From: an uncultured Pelagibacteraceae bacterium
Lineage (GTDB): Bacteria; Pseudomonadota; Alphaproteobacteria; Pelagibacterales; Pelagibacteraceae
Direction of reading: 5' to 3'
DNA: 64,000 nt
Assembly (NCBI GenBank): GCA_902554195.1
Contig: CACDNT010000001.1
Coordinates: 7,756-71,755 of the forward strand
Both the position numbers and the translations under genes were made by a program. Below, piece after piece: positions 39,085 to 49,471 of the stretch (position 1 is the first letter of the stretch; each line of letters starts with the position of its first letter). The notes below the pieces were generated by a model that saw only the letters and a list, made by a program, of their open reading frames with translations, did no database searches and was not told the origin of the DNA.

Positions 39085-39487
39085 TTTAGAACAAACTTTA
39101 TCAATTATTAAACCAGACGCAGTTGAAAGACGTCTTGAGAATGAAATTAAAGAAATGTTTAAAAATAATGGTTTCTTAATATTAAAAGAAAAGAAAATTC
39201 AAATTGAAAAATTTGAAGCAGAAAAATTTTATAAAGTTCATGAAACAAAACCTTTTTACAACGATTTATGTAATTATCTTTCATCCGGTCCGATTGTTGT
39301 TATGGTTTTAGAAAAAGAGAATGCAGTAATGGAGAATAGGGAATTAATGGGTGCTACAAACCCAAAAGATGCTAATGAGGGTACTATCAGAAAAAAATAT
39401 GGAATTTCTATTGATAAAAATTCGGTACATGGTTCAGATAGTGCTGAAAATGCTAAAATAGAAATAGATTTTTTCTTTAGAGATTAA
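39077..39487 (+). CDS. ndk: Nucleoside diphosphate kinase
   Basis: TLSIIKPDAV, SGP.V, MGATNP, GTIR and NSVHGSDS. Confidence 0.97.
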   Translation: MSNLEQTLSIIKPDAVERRLENEIKEMFKNNGFLILKEKKIQIEKFEAEKFYKVHETKPFYNDLCNYLSSGPIVVMVLEKENAVMENRELMGATNPKDANEGTIRKKYGISIDKNSVHGSDSAENAKIEIDFFFRD

Positions 39488-40058
39488 AGATTTTTAATAT
39501 AGCTTTAGGATAAAGCCTGTGTTCCTCAATTAAAACTTTTTTTGCTAATGTTTCCTCAGTTTCATTTTTTAAGATTTTAACTTTTTTTTGAAGAATTATT
39601 TTCCCAGAATCTAACTTTGAATTTACGAAATGAACTGTACATCCTGAGTACTTTTCATTATTGTTTAAAACTCTTTTGTGAGTATTAAGGCCTTTATATT
39701 TAGGTAATAAAGATGGATGAATATTCAAAATTTTCCCTTTAAATTTTTTAATGAAACTTTTTGATAAAATTCTCATAAACCCAGCAAGACAAATTATTTT
39801 GATTTCATTTTTCTCAAGTATAGAAATTAATTTGTTTTCAGTAAATTTTATATTTTCAAAATTAAAAACTTTTTTTTTTATCTTAAATATTTTTCCATAT
39901 TTTAAACCTTTAGCCTTTAGATTATTAGAGATTATTAATTCAATAGAAATGGGTGATTTTTTTTTTTTAGTAAATTTTATTAAAGATTTTAAATTACTAC
40001 CATTACCTGAAATAAAAACAGCAGTTCTGATCTTATTGGAGCCAGTCAATATAGCCAT
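39477..40058 (-). CDS. purN: Phosphoribosylglycinamide formyltransferase
   Basis: ISGNGSNL, LAGFMRIL, NIHPSLLP and GCTVHFV...LDSG.II. Confidence 0.96.
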   Translation of the reverse strand: MAILTGSNKIRTAVFISGNGSNLKSLIKFTKKKKSPISIELIISNNLKAKGLKYGKIFKIKKKVFNFENIKFTENKLISILEKNEIKIICLAGFMRILSKSFIKKFKGKILNIHPSLLPKYKGLNTHKRVLNNNEKYSGCTVHFVNSKLDSGKIILQKKVKILKNETEETLAKKVLIEEHRLYPKAILKIFNL

Positions 40059-41064
40059 TTAATTTTACTTTATTTTTTCCTGACGTAATCTTACCAATAA
40101 TATAAGGTTTATGCTCTTTTGAAAAATATTTGTGGATTTTTTCTATATTTTTAGGATTAATTATTAAACAAAATCCTACTCCACAATTAAACGTTTTGAG
40201 CATTTCGTTTTCACTGATATTATTTTTTTTTAGCCATTTAAAAATTTTTAGAGTTTTAATCTTATTTAAATCCACCTCAGCTGATAGATTATCTGGTATA
40301 ATTCTACTTATATTTTCAGCCAAGCCTCCTCCCGTGATATTAGCACAACCGTTTAATAAGTTTTTTTTATTTAAATTCAAAATTTCCTTAACATAAATTT
40401 TGGTAGGTTTGATTAATTCTTTTCTTAAGAAAAGATTTTTTTTAATATCGACCTTTTTTTTTTCAATTAAGTATCTTACTAAAGAGAAACCATTTGAGTG
40501 TAAACCATTTGATGGTACGGCTAATATCAAATCATTTTTTTTAATTTTTTTTTTGTTAAGTAATTTTTTACTATCAACGACACCAACTGCAAAACCAGCG
40601 ATATCAAATTTACCTTTTTCATAAGTACCTGGCATTTCTGCAGTTTCACCACCAACTAGACTGCATTGAGAAATTTTACATCCCTTTACAATCCCTTTAA
40701 TTATGGATCTCATTTTCTTTAAATCAATTTTATTAATTGAAATATAGTCTAAAAAAAAAAGAGGTTTCGCTCCTTGAACAATTAGATCGTTTACACTCAT
40801 GGCTACTAAATCAATTCCAATAGTATCATATTTATTTAATAAATTAGCAATTTCTATTTTTGTTCCCACTCCATCAGTACAAGCTACAATTTTTGGATTT
40901 TTAATATTGTTAGGTATATTTGTAATAGAGCCAAAACCACCAATGTTGTTGAACTTTTTATTGCCTTCTTTCTTTGATGAAATATTAGCTATGAATTTTA
41001 CAAATTTATTTGCAGCATCAATATTGACCCCACTTTTTTTATAGGTAAAGCGATTTTTTTTCAT
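40033..41064 (-). CDS. purM: Phosphoribosylformylglycinamidine cyclo-ligase
   Basis: YKKSGVNI, GGFG, TDGVGTK, GGETAEMPG, GLHSNGFSL and TFNCGVG. Confidence 0.97.
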   Translation of the reverse strand: MKKNRFTYKKSGVNIDAANKFVKFIANISSKKEGNKKFNNIGGFGSITNIPNNIKNPKIVACTDGVGTKIEIANLLNKYDTIGIDLVAMSVNDLIVQGAKPLFFLDYISINKIDLKKMRSIIKGIVKGCKISQCSLVGGETAEMPGTYEKGKFDIAGFAVGVVDSKKLLNKKKIKKNDLILAVPSNGLHSNGFSLVRYLIEKKKVDIKKNLFLRKELIKPTKIYVKEILNLNKKNLLNGCANITGGGLAENISRIIPDNLSAEVDLNKIKTLKIFKWLKKNNISENEMLKTFNCGVGFCLIINPKNIEKIHKYFSKEHKPYIIGKITSGKNKVKLNGYIDWLQ

Positions 41065-41087
41065 TAATATGACTTTTTAATATTTGT

Positions 41088-42149
41088 ATGTATTATTTAT
41101 CACGGTTATATAGTTTTTTTTATATTCTATCTTTAATAATATTTTTTTTTTCCACAACTGAAGTAAGAGCAAAATCTTTTGAAATCAATAACATAGAAAT
41201 TTCCGAACCATTTGAAAATAATTTCGATAAAAATAGAGTAATTGATTCTGGTTTTAAAAAAGCATTTTTAGAATTAATTTATCAATTAACAAAGTCTGTT
41301 GATTATGAAAAATTTGAGACTATGAAATTAAATAAAATCAAAAGTATGATAGAAACATTTTCTATCCAAGAAGAAAAGTTTATAAATCAAGAATATTTTC
41401 TAACTCTTGGGGTATCATTTAATAAAAAAAAAATCTTTAATTATTTAGAAAAAAAAAATATCTATCCATCTCAAATTAAAAAAGAAAAATTTTTATTCAT
41501 TCCTATTATTATTGATCAAGATGTAAATAATCTAATAATTTTTTCAAATAATCCAATTTATAATATTTGGAACAAAAATATAAAAACTTACGAACTAATT
41601 GATTACTTAATGCCATCGGAAGATTTAGAAGATTATAATCTTATTAAAAAAAATTTAGATAATATAGAAACTTACGATTTTAGTGAAATTACTAAAAAAT
41701 ATTTTTTAAAGAATTATATTATTTCTTTAATTTTCAGAAGTAATGATGAAATTAGAGTTTTAACAAAAATATACAATGAAAAGAATGAAATAATAAAGAA
41801 TAATTCATTTAAAAACTTAGATTTAAATGATGATAAAGATTTAACCTTTTTTAGAGATAATCTTAAAAATTTATTTGAAGATACATGGAAAAAAATCAAT
41901 GAAATTAACACCTCAATTAAATTATCTTTGAATATAAAAATTAAAAATGATGATTTAAAAAAATCAAACCAGTTTGAAAGTGATTTATTAAGCATTGAAT
42001 TAGTAAATGATTATTCTATACAAAAATTCAATAAAGATTTTATATTTTATGAAATATTATTTAATGGAACTGTTCAAAATTTTATTAATATAATGAAAAA
42101 TAAAAATTATAATTTAAATACAGAAAAAAAGGTTTGGACAATAGAATGA
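41088..42149 (+). CDS. Exported hypothetical protein (DUF2066-like by position)
   Basis: N-terminal hydrophobic/signal segment; lies between purM (divergent) and the hda-like gene, where alphaproteobacteria carry a DUF2066 protein. Confidence 0.6.
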   Translation: MYYLSRLYSFFYILSLIIFFFSTTEVRAKSFEINNIEISEPFENNFDKNRVIDSGFKKAFLELIYQLTKSVDYEKFETMKLNKIKSMIETFSIQEEKFINQEYFLTLGVSFNKKKIFNYLEKKNIYPSQIKKEKFLFIPIIIDQDVNNLIIFSNNPIYNIWNKNIKTYELIDYLMPSEDLEDYNLIKKNLDNIETYDFSEITKKYFLKNYIISLIFRSNDEIRVLTKIYNEKNEIIKNNSFKNLDLNDDKDLTFFRDNLKNLFEDTWKKINEINTSIKLSLNIKIKNDDLKKSNQFESDLLSIELVNDYSIQKFNKDFIFYEILFNGTVQNFINIMKNKNYNLNTEKKVWTIE

Positions 42150-42808
42150 GAGATACAAATCAAACAATAATTAAATTTGATCATGATAAAAATTTTAAAA
42201 AAAGTGATTTTGTTCTCTCCAAAAGTAATAAACATATTTATAATTTTTTAAATAGATGGCCTAAATGGGAAAGAAATTTTATTAACATTATTGGACAGAA
42301 TTTTTCAGGAAAAACCCATCTTACAAATATCTTTATCAAAAAGAATAAAGGATTAAGAATTAATAGTCATTTTTTGAATGAAGAGGATTTAAAAAAAATA
42401 GAAATTTATGAAAATATTATTATTGAAGATCTTACATCTAACATAAATGAGAATTTACTCTTTAGTCTTATGAATCTTATTGAACAAGATAATAAATATA
42501 TAATTATAACATCTTTAAATCCAATTGTTGATATTGATTTTAAACTAATAGATTTAAAATCAAGAGCTAAAAGTTTTCTTCTTTTAAATATTGAACAGCC
42601 TGATGACGAATTAATTTTTGGTATTATATTAAAAAATTTATCTGATAGGCAAATATTGTTAGATAAAAAATTAATTAACTATATTGTTAAAAGAATAGAG
42701 AGATCATATAGCAAAATACATAATTTCATATATAAGATCGATCAACTAAGTTTAAAAAAAAAAAGATCAATTGATTTTAAAATAATTAAAGAAGCATTAG
42801 GAGAATAA
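42146..42808 (+). CDS. DnaA-like ATPase, Hda/HdaA family
   Basis: F..S.SN, W..W, Walker A GQNFSGKTHL, DLKSR, PDD.L and RIERSY; ATGA overlap with the upstream gene. Confidence 0.85.
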   Translation: MRDTNQTIIKFDHDKNFKKSDFVLSKSNKHIYNFLNRWPKWERNFINIIGQNFSGKTHLTNIFIKKNKGLRINSHFLNEEDLKKIEIYENIIIEDLTSNINENLLFSLMNLIEQDNKYIIITSLNPIVDIDFKLIDLKSRAKSFLLLNIEQPDDELIFGIILKNLSDRQILLDKKLINYIVKRIERSYSKIHNFIYKIDQLSLKKKRSIDFKIIKEALGE

Positions 42809-44593
42809 TTGAATAAATATAGAACGCATAATTGTGATCAACTAAGAAAAGAAAATAACGGAGAAAACATTATTCTATCGGGTTGGATAAATAAAAAAAG
42901 AGACCATGGAAACCTTTTGTTTATTGATTTAAGAGACAATTATGGAGTAACCCAATGTGTAATTGATAAAGCGAATTCGAATTTTGTAAAATTAGAGAAA
43001 ATTCAATTAGAGACAGTAATAAAAGTAGAGGGTAAAGTAATTAAAAGATCTAACGACTCAATAAATAAAGAAATCAATACAGGTGAGATAGAAGTAATCA
43101 TAAAAAATTTTTATGTTTTGGGTAAATGCAAAGAACTTCCTTTACCGGTTTTTAGCAATCAAGAGTATGCTGAGGAAATTAGATTGAAATATCGTTTCTT
43201 AGATTTAAGACGTAAAAAAATTCATGAGAATATAATTTTAAGATCAAAAGTTATTTCATTCATTCGAAATGAAATGAATAAATTAGGTTTCTTGGAATTT
43301 CAAACACCGATTTTAACTTCCTCAAGTCCTGAAGGTGCAAGAGACTTTTTGGTTCCTAGCAGACTTAATCCTGGAAAATTTTATGCTTTACCGCAAGCAC
43401 CACAACAATTTAAACAATTAGTGATGGTTTCTGGTTTTGATAAATATTTTCAAATTGCACCGTGTTTTAGAGATGAGGATGCTAGAGCTGACAGAAGTCC
43501 AGGAGAGTTTTATCAGCTGGATATGGAAATGTCTTTTGTAGAACAAGAAGATGTTTTTAAAGTTGTAGAAAAATTATTTGTTAATACGTTTAAAAAATTT
43601 TCAAAAAAAAAATTACTCTTTAGTGAATTTCCTAGAATTTCTTATAAAGAGGCAATGTTAAAATATGGTTCTGATAAACCTGACTTAAGAAATCCACTAA
43701 TTATAAGTGATATTACAGAAATTTTTTTTAGTGAAGATGTTTCATTTGAAATATTTAAGAAATTAGTAAATTCTGGTTCAAAGGTAAGATGTATAGTTAC
43801 AAAAAATACTAAAGATAAACCAAGAAGTTTTTTTGATAATATAGACAAATGGGCAAAAGAGCAGGGAGCGTCTGGTCTTGCTTATTTTACAATTGAAAAA
43901 GAAAATGAGGTATCTGCTAGGGGACCTGTGGGTAAGTTTTTCTCAAAAAAAGCTTTGGAAGAAATTATGTCAAAAACAGGGGCAGAAGTGGGGGATAGTA
44001 TTTTTATGGCTTGTGCTAAAAATAATGATCTTGAAAAAATAACCTCATTATCAAGAGAAAAAATTGCAAAAGATCTTGATCTAATTGATGAAAATACTTT
44101 CGCGTTTTGTTGGATTGTAGATTATCCAATGTTTGAAATAGATGAACAAACTAACAAAATTAAATTTAGTCATAATCCTTTTTCTATGCCTCAAGGTGAA
44201 GTAGATAAAATTGATTTTGAAAAACCATTAGAAATTCTCGCATATCAATATGATATTGTTTGTAATGGTATAGAATTATCATCAGGTGCAATTCGAAACC
44301 ATATACCAGAACTTATGTATAAACTGTTCAATATTGCTGGATATTCTAAAAATGATGTTGAGCAAAAATTTAGTGGGATGATAAATGCTTTAAGTTATGG
44401 CGCTCCCCCTCATGGAGGGATTGCTCCTGGAATTGATAGAATTATAATGTTGCTTGCCAATGAAAAAAATATAAGAGAAGTTACAATGTTTCCAATGAAT
44501 CAAAACGCTCAAGATTTACTGATGAACGCACCATCTGAAGTAAGCGAAAATCAATTAAAAGAATTAAATTTATCTCTTAAAACAAAAAAATAA
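42809..44593 (+). CDS. aspS: Aspartate-tRNA ligase
   Basis: YRTH.C, RDHG.L.FIDLRD, PEGARDF, LPQAPQ.FKQ, FRDEDARADR and GAPPHGG.A.G.DR; TTG start. Confidence 0.97.
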   Translation: MNKYRTHNCDQLRKENNGENIILSGWINKKRDHGNLLFIDLRDNYGVTQCVIDKANSNFVKLEKIQLETVIKVEGKVIKRSNDSINKEINTGEIEVIIKNFYVLGKCKELPLPVFSNQEYAEEIRLKYRFLDLRRKKIHENIILRSKVISFIRNEMNKLGFLEFQTPILTSSSPEGARDFLVPSRLNPGKFYALPQAPQQFKQLVMVSGFDKYFQIAPCFRDEDARADRSPGEFYQLDMEMSFVEQEDVFKVVEKLFVNTFKKFSKKKLLFSEFPRISYKEAMLKYGSDKPDLRNPLIISDITEIFFSEDVSFEIFKKLVNSGSKVRCIVTKNTKDKPRSFFDNIDKWAKEQGASGLAYFTIEKENEVSARGPVGKFFSKKALEEIMSKTGAEVGDSIFMACAKNNDLEKITSLSREKIAKDLDLIDENTFAFCWIVDYPMFEIDEQTNKIKFSHNPFSMPQGEVDKIDFEKPLEILAYQYDIVCNGIELSSGAIRNHIPELMYKLFNIAGYSKNDVEQKFSGMINALSYGAPPHGGIAPGIDRIIMLLANEKNIREVTMFPMNQNAQDLLMNAPSEVSENQLKELNLSLKTKK

Positions 44594-45418
44594 CTATTTT
44601 TTTCCTTTTAAACTTATTTTTACGTCAGTCAAATCAACTAAATTTTTTTTATAATTATTTCTAACAAACCCTTTACTTGTTATATCTTTAACAATTTTAA
44701 GGAATTGATTTTGTTCATCAAAATTTTGATCTTCATTATTAACTCCATCTAAATTTCCAATCGAAGGTGTATGTGCAAGATCTTCTCTATTAAGATATGA
44801 AATAGCTAATTCTCTAAACAAATAATCCAAAATTGAAGAAGCACTCAAAATTCTATCGTTTCCATGTACCTTACCTGAAGGTTCAAACTTTGTGCCCACA
44901 AATGCACTGACATATTCATCCAGAGGTACTCCATATTGTAGCCCTAGTGAGACAGCAATAGCAAAATTATTCATTAGTGCTTTAACTAGCTCTCCCTCTT
45001 TACTTGTATCTATGAAGATTTCCCCAATCTTGCCATCTTCATACTCACCTGTATGTAAATAAACTTTGTGATCTCCGATTGTTGCTTTTTGAATATAGCC
45101 TTTTCTTCTATCAGGCATACTAAATCTTTTTCCAGAATGCTCAGATTTTGAAAAAGTCTGAGTTATGATTTTTTCAACATTTTCTGGTTTATTCTTGATT
45201 TGTTCAGATACTAAATCTATTTTTTTATTTTGTTCAATCTTATTATTATTTGGATTTAAACTTTTAGTTTTTCTATTATCTAATTTAACTTCTAGAACTT
45301 CAAATTTTCCATCATCTCTTTTTTCTAAATTTTTTAGCTCAGTTTCACTAATGTCATCTAAATAATGATTTACTCTAAATGTGCACGTATAATACGTTTC
45401 AACAAGATATTTTGCCAT
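44594..45418 (-). CDS. Stand-alone protein containing the C-terminal (TSCPD-like) domain of class II ribonucleotide reductase NrdJ
   Basis: [65 protein letters not shown] and SILDY.FRELA.SYL.R.DLAH; no RNR catalytic barrel. Confidence 0.85.
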   Translation of the reverse strand: MAKYLVETYYTCTFRVNHYLDDISETELKNLEKRDDGKFEVLEVKLDNRKTKSLNPNNNKIEQNKKIDLVSEQIKNKPENVEKIITQTFSKSEHSGKRFSMPDRRKGYIQKATIGDHKVYLHTGEYEDGKIGEIFIDTSKEGELVKALMNNFAIAVSLGLQYGVPLDEYVSAFVGTKFEPSGKVHGNDRILSASSILDYLFRELAISYLNREDLAHTPSIGNLDGVNNEDQNFDEQNQFLKIVKDITSKGFVRNNYKKNLVDLTDVKISLKGKK

Positions 45419-45531
45419 ATTATCGAATCCTTAATTTAAGTTTGAATTTTGAATCATTTAACTTATATACATTTAGATATTTTAGTCTAATTTAATTTAT
45501 ACAATTTGAAATTGAAATTATTGAAATTTAG

Positions 45532-45891
45532 ATGTTGACTCTATTAAAAAAAATTTTCACATGGTGGAATCGTGACACCTTAGGGACGAAGATAAAAACT
45601 ATTTTATATGGAAAATTTGTTGGGAAAGATAATTTTGGAAATAAATATTATGAAAGTAAAAGTGGTAAAAGATGGGTTATTTATTCTAATGAAATTGATG
45701 CATCGAAAATTCCAGTAGAGTGGTTTTCCTGGATGCATTTTATGCAAAATAAGATTGAAAATAATCATGATTTAAAAAAGTATCAATGGCAAAAACCTCA
45801 TCAATCTAACCAAACTGGCACCGAGTCAGCATATTATCCAAATAAGAACAAAAAAGATGCAATTCAAAAAAAATATAAAAGTTGGAAATAA
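45532..45891 (+). CDS. NADH:ubiquinone oxidoreductase subunit NDUFA12 family protein
   Basis: FTWW, GKD.FGNKYYE, KRWVIY, ASKIP.EW..W.H and W.KPH..N.TGT..AY.P. Confidence 0.92.
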   Translation: MLTLLKKIFTWWNRDTLGTKIKTILYGKFVGKDNFGNKYYESKSGKRWVIYSNEIDASKIPVEWFSWMHFMQNKIENNHDLKKYQWQKPHQSNQTGTESAYYPNKNKKDAIQKKYKSWK

Positions 45892-46264
45892 AAGAATATA
45901 TTTATTATTTATTGTATTTTTAATTAATCTATTTGTTGCATTGAAAGCTAACTCAGAAAATAATCTTGAGGGAAATAATACTGATATTAAAATTTTAGAT
46001 AAAATAAGTTCAAAAAACGAATTGATAAAATTGATTAATAAGAAAGAGTATATTTATAAAGATTTATCAATCAAAAGTATAAAATGTACAGTCTCTGAAT
46101 TTGATGATAACCCAGAAATAAAAGCTTATATTCAAGTTAGAGATTTAACAAAAAAAAATAGGAACGACGTTTTTGTTTTTAATGGTTGGATGTTTTCCTC
46201 AAGTCCATCAATAGCACCGTTTGATCATCCTGTTTACGACATTTGGATAATTAACTGTTATTAA
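45857..46264 (+). CDS. DUF2155 domain protein
   Basis: ILDKIS, PE..AY.Q and F.GWMFSSSPS....DHPVYDIW...C. Confidence 0.88.
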   Translation: MQFKKNIKVGNKRIYLLFIVFLINLFVALKANSENNLEGNNTDIKILDKISSKNELIKLINKKEYIYKDLSIKSIKCTVSEFDDNPEIKAYIQVRDLTKKNRNDVFVFNGWMFSSSPSIAPFDHPVYDIWIINCY

Positions 46265-47598
46265 AATAAATTATCTTTATCAAGCCAACTTACATTAAAA
46301 TCAGAGTCGATAAATTTTTTATGATTTAATAATTTTTTGTGTAATGGAATAGTGGTTGTAATTCCCTCAATAACAAATTCATCCAACGATCTGTTCATTC
46401 TTTGAATAGCTTCAGTTCTATTTCTTCCATGACATATTAACTTACAAATCATACTATCATAGTAAGGAGTTACTTTATAACCTTGATATATTGCACCATC
46501 AACTCTTGTTCGAAATCCAGAGGGTTGATGACACATTCTGATTGTTCCAGGGGAAGGTTGAAAATTTTTACTTGCATCTTCTGCATTTATTCTACATTCT
46601 ATTGCATGTCCTCTTGGATTTACATCACTTTGATTTAATGCTGTTTCACCTGAAAAAGCTATCCAGATCTGTTCCTTAATAATATCTATTCCAGTAACCA
46701 TCTCTGTGACTGGATGTTCAACCTGAACTCTAGTATTCATTTCAAGAAAATAAAATTTTCCATTCTCATAAATAAATTCAACTGTGCCTGCGCCAGTATA
46801 GCCAATTTTTGACACCATATTAATTGTTTTGTCAAAAAGATCTTTTCTAATCTTTTCATTAAGTACTGGACTAGGTGTTTCCTCAATTAATTTTTGATGT
46901 CTTCTTTGAACGGAGCAATCTCTTTCATGTAAATGAACAGCTCTATTTTTTCCTGCCAAAATTTGAACTTCAATATGTCGAGGATTTTGAAAAAATTTTT
47001 CGATATAAACTTCATCATTTCCAAAATATTTTTGTGCCTCAGATTTTGCAGTTAGAAATAATGACTCAAATTCACTTTCTTGATGAACAATTTTCATACC
47101 TTTCCCCCCACCACCACCAGAAGCTTTTATTAAAACAGGAAAACCAATTTTTTTACAAAGTTCTTTAGCTTCCTCAACATTTTTTACCCCACCATCTGAT
47201 CCTTCAATCACAGGTAAACCATTTTCTTTAGCAATTTTTTTAGCTTGTATTTTGTCTCCCATCATTTCTATATGCTTAGATGAAGCTCCAATAAATTTAA
47301 TATTATTTTCCTCAAGCACTCTAGCAAAATTGGCGTTCTCAGAGAGAAAACCATAACCAGGGTGCACAGCTTCTGAATTAGTTATTTCTATAGCTGACAT
47401 TAAAGCAGGAATATTTAAATAACTATTAGCAGGTTGATGGGAACCTATACACACACTTTCATCTGCCATTCTGACGTGCATACTCTCTTTATCTACATCT
47501 GAGTGAACAGCAACAGTTGATATTCCCCACTCTTTGCAAGCCCTAATTATTCTAACCGCAATTTCTCCACGGTTTGCAATCAAAATTTTTTTAAACAT
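46261..47598 (-). CDS. accC: Acetyl-CoA carboxylase biotin carboxylase
   Basis: KILIANRGEIA, HPGYGFLSEN, GGGGKGM, ERDCSVQRRHQK, EMNTRVQVEHPVTE and YYDSMI.K. Confidence 0.96.
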   Translation of the reverse strand: MFKKILIANRGEIAVRIIRACKEWGISTVAVHSDVDKESMHVRMADESVCIGSHQPANSYLNIPALMSAIEITNSEAVHPGYGFLSENANFARVLEENNIKFIGASSKHIEMMGDKIQAKKIAKENGLPVIEGSDGGVKNVEEAKELCKKIGFPVLIKASGGGGGKGMKIVHQESEFESLFLTAKSEAQKYFGNDEVYIEKFFQNPRHIEVQILAGKNRAVHLHERDCSVQRRHQKLIEETPSPVLNEKIRKDLFDKTINMVSKIGYTGAGTVEFIYENGKFYFLEMNTRVQVEHPVTEMVTGIDIIKEQIWIAFSGETALNQSDVNPRGHAIECRINAEDASKNFQPSPGTIRMCHQPSGFRTRVDGAIYQGYKVTPYYDSMICKLICHGRNRTEAIQRMNRSLDEFVIEGITTTIPLHKKLLNHKKFIDSDFNVSWLDKDNLF

Positions 47599-48029
47599 TA
47601 TTCCAGAATGATAATTGTTTGACCAAATTCCACTGGTTGACCGTCTTCAACACAAATTTCCTTAACTATACCGTTAGATGTTGAAGGAACATGATTCATA
47701 GTTTTCATTGCCTCTACTATCATTACAGTGTCACCTTTTTTAATCTTTTTTCCAATTTCTATAAATTTTTTTCCTCCAGGTTCTGGTGCATGATAAGCTG
47801 TACCTATTATCGGCGATGTAATTTCTATACCTGATTTTTGTTCATCATTTTTATCTATTTTATCTGGTGATAAATTGCTTTTTGAGTTTGGAATATTCTG
47901 ATTATTGACCGATATATTATTTTTCGAAACTTTTATTTTTGTATCTTTTTCAGTATATTCAAGTTCAGTAAGATTAAATTCATCTAAATAATCACTTAGT
48001 TCTTTAATAATTTTTTTATCAATTTTCAT
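47598..48029 (-). CDS. accB: Biotin carboxyl carrier protein
   Basis: SPIIGT.Y..P, EAMKTMN biotinylation site and GQPVEFG. Confidence 0.96.
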   Translation of the reverse strand: MKIDKKIIKELSDYLDEFNLTELEYTEKDTKIKVSKNNISVNNQNIPNSKSNLSPDKIDKNDEQKSGIEITSPIIGTAYHAPEPGGKKFIEIGKKIKKGDTVMIVEAMKTMNHVPSTSNGIVKEICVEDGQPVEFGQTIIILE

Positions 48030-48466
48030 TTTTTTAAGAGCTTTTGCATTGAAATTATGGCTAAAATATAACCATCAGCACCCAATCCAAATATACCTCC
48101 TGTTGCAATATCACTTATAAGTGACTTTTGTCTAAATTCCTCACGTTTATATATATTAGAAATATGCAATTCAATAATGGGTTTTTTAAAAACACTTAAT
48201 GCGTCTCTTATAGCGACGGATGTATGTGTAAATGCTGCAGCATTAATTATAATTCCATCATAATTTTTAATAGAGTCTTGTATTGTGTTGACAATTTCTC
48301 CCTCTATATTTGATTGGGAAAATTCGGCAATTAAACCTAACTCTTTCGATTTATTTAAACAAATTTCTTGTAACTCATTAAAAGTAATAGATCCATATTG
48401 TGATTGTTCTCTTTCTCCTAATAGATTAAGATTTGGACCATTAATTATTATAATCTTATTATTCAT
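48026..48466 (-). CDS. aroQ: Type II 3-dehydroquinate dehydratase
   Basis: NGPNLNLLG.RE...YG, QSN.EG, THTSVAIRDA and HISNIYKREEFR. Confidence 0.96.
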   Translation of the reverse strand: MNNKIIIINGPNLNLLGEREQSQYGSITFNELQEICLNKSKELGLIAEFSQSNIEGEIVNTIQDSIKNYDGIIINAAAFTHTSVAIRDALSVFKKPIIELHISNIYKREEFRQKSLISDIATGGIFGLGADGYILAIISMQKLLKK

Positions 48467-48482
48467 AAAATATTTATATACG

Positions 48483-48695
48483 ATGAAAAAAAAAATAAAA
48501 ATAAAAATAAATGGTAAATTAAATATAATAGATGATAAAACTAAAATATCTGTTCTTTTAAAGGATCTAAAAATACCAATAAGAAAAGTAGCAATTGAGC
48601 TAAATAGACAAATAGTAGATAAAAAAAAATTAAATAAGATTTTTTTGAAAACAAATGATAGAATAGAAATTGTACATTTTATTGGAGGTGGTTAA
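48483..48695 (+). CDS. thiS: Sulfur carrier protein ThiS
   Basis: From ATG 48483: IKINGK...VAIELN..IV...[11 protein letters not shown], ending in GG; directly upstream of thiG. Confidence 0.92.
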   Translation: MKKKIKIKINGKLNIIDDKTKISVLLKDLKIPIRKVAIELNRQIVDKKKLNKIFLKTNDRIEIVHFIGGG

Positions 48696-48697
48696 GT

Positions 48698-49471
48698 TTG
48701 AAGCAAGATAAATTAATTATTTCAAAAAAAAAATTTGACTCCCGTTTAATTGTTGGTACTGGCAAATATAAGAATATGTTGGAATGTGCAAAGGCAATTA
48801 AGATCTCAGGAGCTAACATTGTAACAGTTGCAGTAAGGCGGGTAAATATTTCTGATAAAAAAAAACCTTTGCTGATGGATTTTATTGATCCTAAAAAAAT
48901 CACATATTTGCCAAACACTGCTGGATGTTTTAGTTCTCAAGAGGCTTTAAGAACTCTAAGATTGGCAAGAGAAATTGGAGGATGGAAACTGGTAAAACTT
49001 GAAGTCTTGGGTGACAAAAAAAATCTGTTTCCAGAAATGATCGAAACCCTTAATTCAACTGAGATTTTAACTAAGGAGGGCTTTAAAGTCATGGTTTACT
49101 GTAATGATGATCCACTTATGGCAAAGAGACTTGAAAATGCAGGTGCTGCTGCAATCATGCCTCTTGCTGCACCAATTGGCTCTGGTTTAGGAATTCTTAA
49201 TAAAGTCAACATCCAAATTATAAGAAAACAAACTAAATTACCTTTGATAATTGATGCAGGTTTGGGTCAAGCATCTGATGCGACTATAGCTATGGAATTA
49301 GGTTGTGATGGTGTTTTAGTTAATACTGCTATTGCAAAAGCTAAAAAACCTTTTGAAATGGCTAAAGCATTTAAAAACGCTGTTGTTGCTGGCAGACAAT
49401 CTTATCTTTCAGGAAGAATCGAGAAAAAGATAATGGGTGATCCTTCGTCTCCAATTAAAGGAATTATTTAG
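48698..49471 (+). CDS. thiG: Thiazole synthase
   Basis: [40 protein letters not shown] and NTAIA; TTG start. Confidence 0.96.
   Translation: MKQDKLIISKKKFDSRLIVGTGKYKNMLECAKAIKISGANIVTVAVRRVNISDKKKPLLMDFIDPKKITYLPNTAGCFSSQEALRTLRLAREIGGWKLVKLEVLGDKKNLFPEMIETLNSTEILTKEGFKVMVYCNDDPLMAKRLENAGAAAIMPLAAPIGSGLGILNKVNIQIIRKQTKLPLIIDAGLGQASDATIAMELGCDGVLVNTAIAKAKKPFEMAKAFKNAVVAGRQSYLSGRIEKKIMGDPSSPIKGII

Noticed and set aside
48285-48482. 5' extension of the thiS ORF to 136 aa
   Set aside because: It overlaps aroQ on the opposite strand; the ThiS-like sequence starts at ATG 48483 and gives a normal 70-aa protein.
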